This document shows positions 1-11,816 of a stretch of DNA of 64,000 nt, piece by piece. A program made the translations under genes and the position numbers. This stretch comes from Malacoraja senta (lineage: Eukaryota). The number at the start of each line of letters is the position of its first letter. Positions within the stretch are counted from its first letter, which is position 1. The notes beneath the pieces were generated by a model. It ran no database searches. It worked only from the letters and a program-made list of their open reading frames with translations, and had not been told where the DNA came from. The stretch lies in the NCBI GenBank assembly GCA_038087875.1, contig JAXLNO010000230.1, positions 62,001 to 126,000 on the forward strand. The letters are read 5' to 3'.

Positions 1-1754
1 ATGGCAGAAGAGTTGAATAGGTACTTCGGATCTGTCTTCACTAAGGAAGACACAAACAATCTCCCAGATGTACTGGAGGCCAGAGGATCTAAGGGGGTAG
101 AGGAACTGAAATAAATTTTCATTAGGCGAGAAATAGTATTGGGTAGGCTAATGGGACTAAAGGATGATAAATCCCCTGGGCCTGATGGTCTGCATCCCAG
201 GGTCCTCAGGGAGGTGGCTCTAGAAATAGTGGACGCATTGGTGATCATTTTCCAATGTTCAATAGATTCAGGATCAGTTCCTGTGGATTGGAGGATAGCT
301 AATGTTATCCCACTTTTCAAGAAAGGAGCGAGAGAGAAAACTGGGAATTACAGACCAGTTAGCCTGACTTCGGTGGTGGGAAAGATGCTGGAGTCAATTA
401 TTAAAGAGGTAATAATGGGGCATTTGGATAGCGGTAAAAGGATTAGTCCAAGTCAACACAGATTTATGAAAGGGAAATCATGCTTGACTAATCTTCTGGA
501 ATTTTTTGAGGATGTGACAAGTAAAATGGGTGACGGGGTGCCAGTGGATGTAGTGTATCTAGACTTTCAGAAAGCCTTTGATAAGGTCCCGCACGGGAGA
601 CTGGTGACTAAAATTAGAGCACATGGTATTGGGGGTAGGGTGTTGACATGGATAAAAAATTGTTTTGCAGACCGGAAGCAAAGAGTAGGAGTGAACGGGC
701 CCTTTTCAGAATGGCAGGCAGTGGCGAGTGGAGTGCCGCAAAGCTCGGTGTTGGGGCCGCAACTGTTTACCATATATATTAATGATTTGGAAGAGGGAAT
801 TAGGAGCAACACTAGCAAGTTTGCGGATGACACAAAGCTGGGTGGCAGTGTGAACTGTGAAGAGGATGTTAGGAGGTTGCAGGGTGACCTGGACAGGTTG
901 AGTGAGTGGGCAGATGCATGGCAGATGCAGTATAATATAGATAAATGTGAGGTTATCCACTTTGGCGGCAAAAACAAGGGGGCAGATTATTATCTCAATG
1001 GGGATAGGTTAGGTAAGGGGGAGGTACAGCGAGACCTGGGTGTCCTTGTACACCGGTCACTGAAAGTTGGCGTGCAGGTACAGCAGGCAGTGAAGAAAGC
1101 TAATGGAATGTTGGCCTTCATAACAAGAGGATTTCAGTATAGGAGTAAAGAGGTTCTTCTGCAGTTGTATAGGGCTCTGGTGAGACCACATCTGGAGTAT
1201 TGTGTACAGTTTTGGTCTCCTAAATTGAGGAAGGACATCCTTGTGATTGAGGCAGTGCAGCGTAGGTTCACGAGATTGATCCCTGAGATGGCGGGACTGT
1301 CATATGAGGAAAGATTGAAAAGACTAGGCTTGTATTCACTGGAGTTTAGAAGGATGAGGGGGATCTTATAGAAACATATAAAATTATAAAAGGACTAGAC
1401 AAGCTAGATGCAGGAAAAATGTTCCCAATGTTGGGCGAGTCCAGAACCAGGGGTCACAGTCTTAGAATAAAGGGGAGGTCATTTATGACTGAGGTGAGAA
1501 AAAACATTTTCACCCAGAGAGTTGTGAATTTATGGAATTCCCTGCCACAGAGGGCAGTGGAGGCCAAATCACTGGATGGATTTAAGAGAGTTAGATAGAG
1601 CTCTAGGGGCTAGTGGAGTCAAGGGATATGGGGAGAAGGCAGGCACGGGTTATTGATAGGGGACGATGAGCCATGATCACAATAAATGGCGGTGCTGGCT
1701 CGAAGGGCCGAATGGCCTCCTCCTGCACCTATTTTCTATGTTTCTATGTTTCTA
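1..1754 (+). mobile_element. CR1-clade LINE, 3' part (RT domain, 3' UTR); runs off window start; young but disabled
   Basis: ORF 139-1371 with NYRPVSLTS, VVYLDFQKAFDKV, GVPQSSVLGP, KFADDTKL; upstream stop and frameshift near 1365; (TTTCTATG)n tail. Confidence 0.95.
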
Positions 1755-2695
1755 ATGCCACAAAACGCACACATGCAGTTAAAATGGGGTATATAGTAGG
1801 CAAATAATTTTCAATGTGTAAAAAAGTAATCTTTTAGGAAGAATAAAATGGCTTGTTTATGTGATATTTCCAAGGATGGTGGAGGAGCAAAGGGACCCAA
1901 GGGTAAGCATTCACAAATTACTGAAAGTAATATTGCATGTTAATAAGATAATTAGACTAAAAGTGAGTCCACCTGCCCTCTTGTTACTATCTGTGCCAGC
2001 AAATTAAACTCTTTCCCAGCTGTCTTCAGTTATGTTATATATTTCCCCATCCTCTCTCTTCACTCAGCTCACCCTTTGGGTTTCTTGCTCTCACAGAACC
2101 ATTTTCTCCTCTTACTTAATTTGTACTTTGCTTTTTTGCTAGTATGTTTTTGTTTACAACACTGTAACAAATACTTAAATGGGTGAAAACTTGTTTTACA
2201 TTCCGAAAGATCTTAAAAGGTAATCTATACTTACTCGCTTACTCACTCGAATGCAGCCCCAGACTGAGAAGTTATTTGAACTTCTTTACATTGTAAACTT
2301 AATATGCTTATGTAACCAACTATGAATAAAATCAATCTAGAAATGAATAACCATGCAAATGAAAAGTGATGTTTAAATTTAAGTTATCTTTTCATGCTGT
2401 AGATGTCTAGATTAGACAATAGACAATGTCTAGATTATTTTCCATTTGGACATTACTATTTCATGTTTGCATTTCTATCAGTTTTTAAAGTTTAAAGATT
2501 CTCAGATATGGTTACAGAGAATTATGCAGGGAAAAGAGGAAAAGCATTTTTTAAAGTTTCTGATTTTTCTTGGCAATTTCAGGAAAGGCTGCCTAATCTG
2601 CACCCCAAAGGGCAATATTGTATCATAAACTCAAATTTTTGTAGATTAATGAATGAATATGGAATAACATAGACCAGGTTTGTGGAATAACATGT

Positions 2696-3090
2696 TACCT
2701 TGTCGTGGTGGAGAAGCTTGTGTGGACCTGAGATCCTGAGAGCGATGCCGTCTGGTGCTATGCTCCTGGTAGGGCCACCCATGGCGGTAAGGTTGAGGGG
2801 GAGGTCTCTGACAAAGAGCAATCCAACCAAGACCTCAACGGTGGAACAGGCGGAGCACGATGGCTGACCTTAGTGGAGCGTCACAACAGCTGGGAAGGCG
2901 GATGAAGGCTGCAGCAGTAAAGGGTCTCCAGTCGTCTTGGACTCCATGCCACTGGATCCCGACCCAGATCTGTCAAGGACCGTGGGGTGGCTGTCTGTGC
3001 AAACAAACAAAGTCACGCACAGGCTTCCTCCATTTAGGAAATAGCACCCTGGAGACACCCATGGTCAGTCAAAGGGGCCTAAGGTGTGAA
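2696..3090 (+). mobile_element. RTE-clade (Rex3/Expander/BovB-like) 5' UTR fragment
   Basis: CCTTGTCGTGGTGG...GCTATGC...GGTAGGGCCACCCATGGCGG...GAGGTCTCTGACAAAG resembles the conserved RTE leader as recalled; no ORF follows. Confidence 0.6.
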
Positions 3091-3227
3091 TAGATGATCG
3101 ATGTTCGCCGTGGACTTGGTGGGCCGAAGGGCTTGTTTCCATGTTGTATCACTAAACTCTAAGTAATTCTACTTGTATTTTATGATGTTTGCATTTTGTG
3201 TGTCAGTGGAGTTGATATGTGTGATTT

Positions 3228-4872
3228 TATCTGGTTCTGGTCATCCCAATACAAAAAGTATGTGGAGGCTTTGGAAAGGATGCAGAGGAGGTTTACCAGG
3301 ATTGATTCCTAGATGAGGGGTTATTAGCTTCAAGATGAGGTTGGACAGACTTGGATTGTTTTCTCTGGAATGCTGGAGGTTGAGGTGGAGACTTGATAGA
3401 AGTATGTACAATTAATTAAGGTGTATATTAGGTTTATTACTGTCACATATACCAAGGTACAGTGAAAAGCTTTGTTTTGCATGCTACCAAATCAGATCAG
3501 ATAATGCTATACATAAATATAATCAATTCAAATTCAAGTACAATAGAGCAAAGAGGAAGATACAGGGTGCAAAATATAGTTCTCAGCATTGTAGCGCACT
3601 AGTTCCATAGACAAAGTCTAATGTCAACAATAGAGTAGAGGTAAATTGGACAGTATTACGCTATGGAAGAACCATTCAGAAGCCTGACAACAGAGGGCAA
3701 GAAGCTGTTCCCGAGTGTGGTGGTGTGCACTTTCAAGCTTTTCTATCGTTTGCTGAAGAAGCATGGAGAAGGAAAGACCAGGGTGGGACAAGTCTTTGAT
3801 TATGTTGGCTGCTTTACCAAGGGAGCGTGAAGTATATATGGAGACAATAGTGGGGAATAGTGTGATGGACTGAACTACAATTTTCTGCAGTTTCTTGAGG
3901 TCTTCAGAGGAGGTGTTCCGAAACCAAGCTGTCATGCAGTCCGACTGTATGCTTTGTATGGTACATCTGTAGAAGTTTGTAAGAGTCCATGGAGACATGC
4001 TAAATTTCCTTAGTCTCCAAAGGAAATAGAGGTATTGGTGTACTGCCTTGGCTGTTGCATCAATGTGGTTGGTCCACCACAGATCACTGGTATTATTAAT
4101 GCCAATAAACCTGAAGCTCTCAACCACTTCCATTTTGGCACCATTGATGCTGTGGGGCATGTACTCAACCACGATCTTGAAGCTGATAACCAGCTCCTTC
4201 ATCTTGCTGATATTGAGGGAGAGGTTGTTGTCTTGACACCATGTCACTAAGTTCTCTATCTTCTTCCTGTGCTCCGTATCATCATTGTTCGTGATGGGGA
4301 TCACCGTAGTTGTATTTTCACCAAACTTGTAGATGGAGTTAGAGCTGAATTTGTGTTCTCAGTCGTGAGTGTATAGCAAGTATGCTGGGGGACTGAGAGC
4401 ACATCCTTGTGGGGCACTGGTATTGAGAAATATTGTGGCGGAGGTGTTGTCACCTTCCTCACTGATTGTGCCTGTGGGTCAGAAAGTCAAGGATCCAGTG
4501 GCAGAGGGGGGTGCTGATTCCTAGGTCCAGGAGTTTAGTGATTAGTTTGGATGAGATGGGGTGGATAGTCAGAACCATTTACCCAGGATGAAAATATCAA
4601 ATGCTAGGAGGCATAGGTTTAAGGTGAATGGGGCAAATTTAAAGGGGGTGTGTAGGTCAAGTATTTTTTACACGGGTGCCTGGAACGCGCTGCCAGGGGT
4701 GGTAGTGGAGGCAGAGACGATAGTGACATTTAAAAGACTTTTGGATAGGTACACAGATATTCAGGAGGGACGTATATGAATTATGTGCAGGCAGATAGGA
4801 GTTGGTCTTGACATGTTCGGCACAGATATTGTGGGTTGGAGGGCTTGATCATGTGCTGTCCTGTTCTATGTT
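3228..4872 (+). mobile_element. Old CR1 3' fragment split by a Rex1/Babar insertion (pieces ~3228-3420 and ~4555-4872)
   Basis: CR1 ORF2 C-terminal motifs (QRRFTR, GAWNALP, FKRLLD) resume after the insert; TTCTATG tail. Confidence 0.75.
3432..4550 (-). mobile_element. Rex1/Babar-clade LINE 3' fragment nested in CR1
   Basis: ORF 3624-4304: WCQDNNLSLNISK, LYFLWRLRKF, LTNFYRCTIQSI; 3' tail TGACAGTAATAAA on the minus strand. Confidence 0.85.
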
Positions 4873-5424
4873 TTATGCTCTAAAATTATGAGGATTAAAC
4901 GTATGATCTTTTCATTTCAGTAGAGTATATACCTGCACATTGTACTGAGTATGGAATAATTAACTACTTGAGTTACTGAAAATGGTTATTTTGAAAAGAA
5001 AAATCACTTGGTTTCATGTTTTTCACATGAATACATTTAAAATAAAATAAAAAATATATAATACTGAGACCTGGATGGCCACTTGCATCAATCTAGTTAG
5101 ATCAGAATGCAGTGAAAGCATTCTCAGTCTGGACAACCCTGCAAATCTCTAAACATTTGAAAAGATAATTGCTCAGAATGTTCCCGCATAATCAGCTGTC
5201 CAATCTAATCATTCTACAATAATACCCATAACTCCTTTTTTTTCCTTTCCAAAGATGGTATATCATGATTCACCTGACACATTGGAAGACTGTCAGGTGA
5301 TAGTTACTCTGGGAGTTCTTGAAATTGCCTGGTAATTGCATGACCTCTGACACAATACTGACAAAAAAACACCTGTATTCAAGCTGTCAGACTGCGCTTT
5401 CAGTGGATGCTGAAGGAACGCAAA

Positions 5425-6200
5425 GTCATGGGCAAAACTTGCCCATGCTGAACCAGATGCCCCTTCTACACTAGCCCCACCTGCCTGCGTTTGGGCATAT
5501 CTCTCCAAACCTTTCCTATCCATGTACATGTACAAATGTCTTTCAAATGTAGTTATATTACCTGCCACAACTATCTCCTTTGGCAGCTCGTTCCATATAC
5601 CTACCAAATTATGTGAGAAAAAGGTTAAACCTGTGACCTCTGGTTCTTCATTCTCCTAATCTGAATAAAAAACTGCATTTAATTTATCTACTCATGATCT
5701 TATACACCTCTATGATAGGAGTGGGGGAACCCCTGTTCCCCAAAGAATGAGGACATGTCAGATGTCCTAGAATGGACATGGACAAGATGAGTCAGAATGA
5801 AATGCTGATGTTGAAACGCCCTCAATACTTCGACGAATAATGGGTTATAATGCAAAATGGTCTAAGATTTAATCTCTATAAAATTAAATTAAAGAAAGTG
5901 GATTCTTGTAAAACCAACAATAAGTAGAAATATTCTACAACTGGTATTAGTATGAGGGCGTATCTTATACACCTGCATTTAATTTATCTACTCATGATCT
6001 TATACACCTCTATAAGATCACCCCTCATCCTCCTGTGCTCCAAGGAATAAAATCCTAACCTGCCCATCCTCTCCCTGTAGCTCAAGTCCTCCAGTCTTCC
6101 AGTCCTGGAAAATTCCTTGTAGATCTTCTCTGCACTCTTTCCACTTCAACCACATCCTTCCTATAGTAATGTGACCAAAACTGCACAGTACTCCAAATAT
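5425..6200 (-). mobile_element. Old CR1 3' fragment, interrupted by an inverted templated insertion (5714-5972)
   Basis: GIWNELPKEIV, FERHL; the CR1 sequence resumes at ~5973. Confidence 0.75.
5709..5960 (-). repeat. 252-bp inverted copy of 6699-6950
   Basis: Direct reverse-complement match, ~2 mismatches seen; flanked by a 41-bp direct duplication (5673-5713 / 5973-6013). Confidence 0.92.
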
Positions 6201-6889
6201 GAAGTAAAAACGTACTTTATTTTTCCAGCCAATCTACCGCGGGCTACAACATATATTGGTAACTACTGTGTAGTTTTTGCTGAGACCCATCTTGTTACTA
6301 CTAACACTTGCTATTGAGAAATATGGCACAGTCAAGATTAATAATGGATAGAACTACTTAAAACTGGACACTAATATAGCTTTGTGGGCTATTATTGGCA
6401 GAAAAACCATTCTTTAACCAGTCTAGTTTTGGCACATGCCTCATTTTTCAGTTGCTCTCAAAATGAGTGACAAGCTCTGTTTCAATAATGTGTGCAGAAA
6501 ATCATGCTGAGCACAACAGCAGATATATCTGAAAATAAGATGCAAAGCTTAACATTTCAACATAATGTTTTATGCATGCCACACGACAAGTGCAGCTTGT
6601 TATTAGAGATGGAAATGCCTTTGCACTGTATGGCTGAAGAGCCTGCCATAAACATTAAAAGAAAAATTGGGATTGTAAAAACACAACTGTTAGCTTTTCG
6701 CCCTCATACTAATACCAGTTGTAGAATATTTCTACTTATTGTTGGTTTTACAAGAATCCACTTTCTTTAATTTAATTTTATAGAGATTAAATCTTAGACC
6801 ATTTTGCATTGTAACCCATTATTCGTCGAAGTATTGAGGGCGTTTCAACATCAGCATTTCATTCTGACTCATCTTGTCCATGTCCATTC

Positions 6890-7925
6890 TAGGACATCTG
6901 ACATGTCCTCATTCTTTAGGGAACAGGGGTTCCCCCACTCCTATCATAGATGAGGCCCTCACTCGTGTCTCCTCAGTGCCCCGCAGCTCAGCCCTTGCCC
7001 CCCCCCCTAGTCGCAACAGAGACAGAGTCCCCCTAGTTCTTACCTTCCACCCATCAGTTGTTGCATACAACACATAATCCTCCGAAATTTCCGCCACCTC
7101 CAACGGGATCCCACCATTAGCCACATTTTCTCATCTCAGCCCCTTTCTGCCTTCCGCAGAGACCGTTCCCTCTGCAACTCCCTGGTTAACTCATCCCTTC
7201 CCACCCAAACCACCCCCTCCCCAGGTACCTTCCCCATGCAACCGCAGAAGATGCAACACCTGTCGCTATATCTCCTCCCTTGACTCTGTCCAGAGACCCC
7301 GACAGTCCTTTCATGTTAGGCAGAGGTTCACTTCCATCTCCTCCAACCTCATCCACTGTATCCGTCGTTCAAGGTGTGGACTCTTATACATCGGCGAGAC
7401 CAAATGCAGACTGGGCGATCGTTTCAGGGAACACTTTTGCTCATCCCGCCTGAACCTACCTGATCTCCCGGTTGCTGGACACTTTAATTCTCCTTCCCAT
7501 TCTTACACAGAACTTTCTGTCCTCGGCCTCCTCCATTGACAGAGTGAGGCTAAATGCAAATTGGAGGAACAGCATCTCATATTCCACTTGGGCAGCTTAC
7601 AGCCCAGTGTTATGAATATTGATTTCTCTCACTTCAGGTAGCCCTGGCATTCCTTTTCTGTCTATCCCTCCCCCACCCATGTCGCCCTAGCTTCTCATTT
7701 TCACCCTACAAACAGATAACAATGGCTTGTTTTCTTTATCATCGTTACTTTTTTGCATATCTTTCATTCATTGTTCTTTATCTCTCCACCACCATCTATA
7801 TCTCTTGTTTCCCTTATCCCTAACCAGTGTGAAGAAGGGTCTTGACCCGAAACGTTACCCATTCCTTCTCTCTTGAGATGTTGCCTGTCCCGCTGAGTTA
7901 CTTCAGCTTTTTGTGTCTATCTTCA
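6890..7925 (+). mobile_element. Penelope-like element 3' part (GIY-YIG endonuclease remnant + terminal repeat)
   Basis: RDRVPLVLTFHP; SSNLIHCIRRSRCGLLYIGETKCRLGDRFREH; terminal motif GAAGAAGGGTC..GACCCGAAACG. Confidence 0.85.
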
Positions 7926-8184
7926 TGCAAATATTTATACAACTAATTGTGAATTAAAATAAGTGGATGTAGATTTACAGATGTTACAATATGTTCAATA
8001 AATCCTTTGGTTACTATAGTTAATTTATGCTAAAATGTCTACAATTGCCTTGGTATGTGAGGCAATTAACAGAGTTTTCTTATTATTTACAATATGTAAC
8101 AACATGAACAACAAGATTTAATAAATGTTTCTGTCCAAATAAAGGATTACTTGCATCTTCTGAGATTTCAAATTTTGTGCTTAG

Positions 8185-8360
8185 GTGATTCCTCCAAAGG
8201 ATTGGAAACCTAGAAGAAATTACGACAACATTGATGACTTGGTAATTCCTACTCCCATTCAACAAATGGTTACCGGACAGTCTGGTCTTTTTACCCAGTA
8301 TAACATACAGAAAAAACCGTTGAAAGTAAAGGAATTCCGAAATCTGGCCAATAATGATAA
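8185..8360 (+). CDS. KDM4C: KDM4-family histone demethylase internal exon (end of JmjN + linker), 176 nt
   Basis: ttag|GTG...AA|gtaagt; translates [58 protein letters not shown](K), matching the KDM4 sequence; QQMVTG is KDM4C-like. Confidence 0.95.
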
Positions 8361-8843
8361 GTAAGTGTAATATTGAGAGAATATTATTTCATAGACCTTC
8401 ACTTTACTATTAAGAACATTAAAATAAAATGTTATGGAAGTTATATTTTAAAGCAAACTATCTACTTTAGACAACAGTCTGCTTAAATTATGCATATTTA
8501 GTGTTCTGCTTTGAGAAGTGGAGTTTTAGCAATTGTGGAGTTACGAATTGCCTTTGCTAATATAATGTCCAGGAATTTGAAGCTGCTAAGTCTCTCCACT
8601 GACAACCCAACAATGAAATGGGCTCCTGTCTTTCCCCTTCTGAACCAAGACATTCCTTGACCTTGTTGACATTGAACGAGAAGTTGTTGTTGCGACACCA
8701 CTCGAACCCGTTCTAACTCTCCTGTACACTGATTTATTGCACACATGTTTCAGCTAACAACAAGGATGGTTGATTAAGTTATAGCATGGGAACTGTGTTT
8801 AGCCATACAGTCATGGGTGTAAAGTGAGTAGAGCAGGAGGCAC

Positions 8844-10547
8844 CATGCACGTGCCGTCAGGGTAGGCAAGGTAGGCACTGCCTACCCTGACTAAAATTAT
8901 AAAATGGTAATTATTAAATATAAATAGTAAAGGCATGGGAGAATAATGTCTACCTAAGATATCAATTTCTTAGGTAGGCATAATTCTCCGTGCCTTTCAT
9001 CCGCAGTACATGTAACACGCAAAAGTCTGTGCAGCTGACGTGCCGTCGACGCTGCTTCAAGCCGTCAATTTCCAGGGGACGGAAGGCAGCTGAAATTCTG
9101 CCTTTGCAGTACTGTGCATGCGCAGCGCAAGTTTCTTAAGAAACAAAGAGAGAAGAATGGAGTTTGTGTACAAATAATGTGGTCAGTAAATTTCTTGGTG
9201 CTATATGTTTTTAAATACCGTATTTCCCGGCAATGAAGACGCTATTTTTTACCCAAAAATAAGGTATGAAAATTTACGTGTGACTTGGAAGCCGAAGTTG
9301 GAACGTTGTTAGCCAAGAAAGATAGACTTGGCTATCCCTCAGTACAGCAACATCAAGAACGATGTTGTTGTACTGAGGGATAGCCAAGTCTATCCCTCAT
9401 TGCAGGCAGCTGATAGGAAGCGGCTGTAAAACGACAGTGCTGCTGGGGAGGGGAGAGTTCCTTTCACAGCGTGTGGGGAGTCTGGTCCGGGTTAAAGTTG
9501 CGGGGAGGCCAGAAACGTTGAGGGGGTCGGGGATCATGCCAGCAACTCGCTTGCCGCGACGCTCCGGGCGCGGAGCCACTGCATTGTGGCCGGAGGGAGA
9601 AGTAGCTTGGGTGTCTGCGAGTGGCCGCCGGGACCGGACAGCAGAACCGGCCGCCACCTCAGCTCCTTCTGCCGGCCCCCGCTCACCTCTGGCAGTACTC
9701 CGTCTGAAAACCTCTCTTCTGCCGCTCGCCGGCCTCACTCATGTCAGCCTCTTCCTGCAAATCCTTAAATTTCGACAGCGCGCTCAAGGGACCAATTGAG
9801 GTTACTCGGCTGTCGGAATTTAAGGATTTGCGGGAAGTGGCTGACATGAGTGAAGCTGGCGAGCGGCAGGTGAGAGATGTTCAGACGGAGAGCACTGCCA
9901 GAGGTGAGTGGGCCGACAGAAGGCGCTGAGGTGGCGACCAGTTCCGCTGTCCGCTCCCAAGGCCGCTCACAGCCACTCGAGCTGCTTCCCTCCCCGGCCA
10001 CAATGCGGTGGCTCCGCGCCCGGAGCGCCGCGGCAGCGGTGAGTGAGTGAGTTACTGGCATTATCCCCGTCCCCCTTCTCAATGCTCCTACCCTCCCTGC
10101 AACTTTACCACACGCTGTGAAAGGAACTCTCCCCCAAATTGGTCCCTTGAACAAGTATTGTCATTCAATAAGATCACAACTGATTCAACGTCCCGGTGTG
10201 CTCCCGTTTTTCCCACCATCTCTCCACCTGCCGTCACCCTCCACCCTCCACCCATTCAGAATGAAGGAGATTTGGAAGCCTTGGGCAAATTGCTTTCTTT
10301 ATTTTTATTTTTTTGAGTGTGAGAAATTCTATGTCCCACCAGCCTTCTTTCAAAATTTAGCAACTCAAAATGGGGTGCGTTTTCATTGCCGGGAAATACG
10401 GTACTTTATTAAGAGATTTGGCTTTTGAAGACTTTATAAAAGTCGACTGACAGCTTATGGAGAGAACAATGTGCGCATGCGCGGGCTAAGATTTTTAAAA
10501 ATCCGACTGACTGCCTACCCTGAGTAATTACTCACGGCACGTGCCTG
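8844..10547. mobile_element. Non-autonomous hAT-type DNA transposon
   Basis: TIRs CATGCACGTGCCGTCAG / CTCACGGCACGTGCCTG; decayed 8-bp TSD GGAGGCAC / GCAAGCAC; subterminal GGGTAGGCA repeats. Confidence 0.75.
9218..10401. mobile_element. Non-autonomous Tc1/mariner (pogo/Tc2-like) element nested in the hAT
   Basis: 25-bp TIR CCGTATTTCCCGGCAATGAA(G/A)ACGC with TA on both sides; contains long internal palindromes. Confidence 0.88.
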
Positions 10548-11053
10548 GCAAGCACACAGCCTTGGCACGGGCCTTTGTTGATGGTCAGTGAGGAGGAGAT
10601 GTTGTTACATATGCACACTAGTGGAAATCTGCTGATGAGAAAGTTAGGGATCCAGTAGCAAGGGGAAATACAGAGGCTTGGATCTTGGAGCTTGGTAATG
10701 AAGAGGATTATAGTGTTGAATCTCAATCTGCAGTCGATAAACAGCAGCTTGACATATGTGTTCATCTTATTCAGATGGTCATGAGCAGAGTGGAGAGCTA
10801 GTGAGCTAGTGTCTGCTGTCGGCCTGTGTGGCAATAAGCAAATTGAGATGGATCCAGATCATTTGGTTAATTCTCACCAAACATCAGAGTAAATTCAAAG
10901 CACGGATTGTTATAAAGGAACAGTCAGAAATTGTTCTTTGTGTGTGCTGTCACCATCTACATGCCAATTGCCATAAGACGGTGGTGGGAGGTCATTGGCA
11001 GAAATCCTAGTTGCAAAGATCATTGCACCAACTTTTCCAAGTGTTACTGCCAT

Positions 11054-11816
11054 TGATAATATTAACCAAATAAATATGTCACAAAATGGAGAATCTTTGC
11101 ATTTGCAAAGCCTGCTTGTTCTCTTTCTGTGAAAAGTTGCAAAGCCATGAGTTTCATGGCTCCAAGGTGTCTGGACCCTGGGAGGAAGTTGAGTACAGGG
11201 CGATGTCCAGATGTCCCCTCTATTGTTAATATGTATGAGGGTTTTGCAGAAAGAGCTGAGCTGGGTTGCAAATGCATGATTAGGATTGGTTACAGAATGG
11301 GGTGTTGTAAAATATTGTTAATTATGTTGCAGAGTGTTTGTGCTGTTATCTTGTGATTGGTCAAAGTATGGAGCCTTGCTCAAATTGTTTATATTACGTG
11401 GGGAAATGTTCGTTTACTTTGGTGAACTGTCTTCCAACTAGAACCTTCTGTGGAAACAATGTAATGGAGTACTTTGTGATTGGGTCAATAAATATTATAT
11501 TATCTTTATTTGCGATTGGCTTGTAGGGGTTGCCCCCCCCCCCCCATGTATTTTCGCGCCAAGGGTCCGATTCAGTATAAAAGAGGGGACACCACATGGA
11601 TCGAGGTCGATCTTCTGGAAGTGCACTTGGGACTTTGTTGACTGTCTGGAGGTGTCTGTTCGCACGAGGCTGAAGGGCTTGGACGAGTAGAAACAAGGAT
11701 CGGTATCGTATAGGAAGTTTGTTTGTGAGTGAGAATAAAGAGTTAGTTGATCCAGTGCTTGACTCAGTGTTTTACTGAACTAGACTAAGGGGGTAAGCTG
11801 TAGGAGCATAATTACA
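11054..11816 (+). mobile_element. Solo LTR (~763 bp; ERV1- or Gypsy-type)
   Basis: TG...CA ends with 4-bp CCAT direct repeats on both sides; TATAAAA ~11576; AATAAA ~11734. Confidence 0.7.

Larger units (their letters stand above)
8560..10880 (-). mobile_element. Rex1/Babar LINE remnant split by a hAT element (pieces ~8560-8843 and ~10548-10880)
   Basis: TYVKLLFID..FNTI, QGCVL and SSFKFL motifs continue across the insert. Confidence 0.75.

Noticed and set aside
139..1371. Functional or domesticated reverse transcriptase gene
   Set aside because: Ordinary CR1 ORF2 fragment with an upstream stop, a downstream frameshift and a PQG->PQS substitution.
8310..8340. KKPLKV instead of mammalian KKAMTV as a functionally unusual KDM4
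   Set aside because: Non-catalytic variable position; all Fe/2-OG-binding motifs seen are intact.
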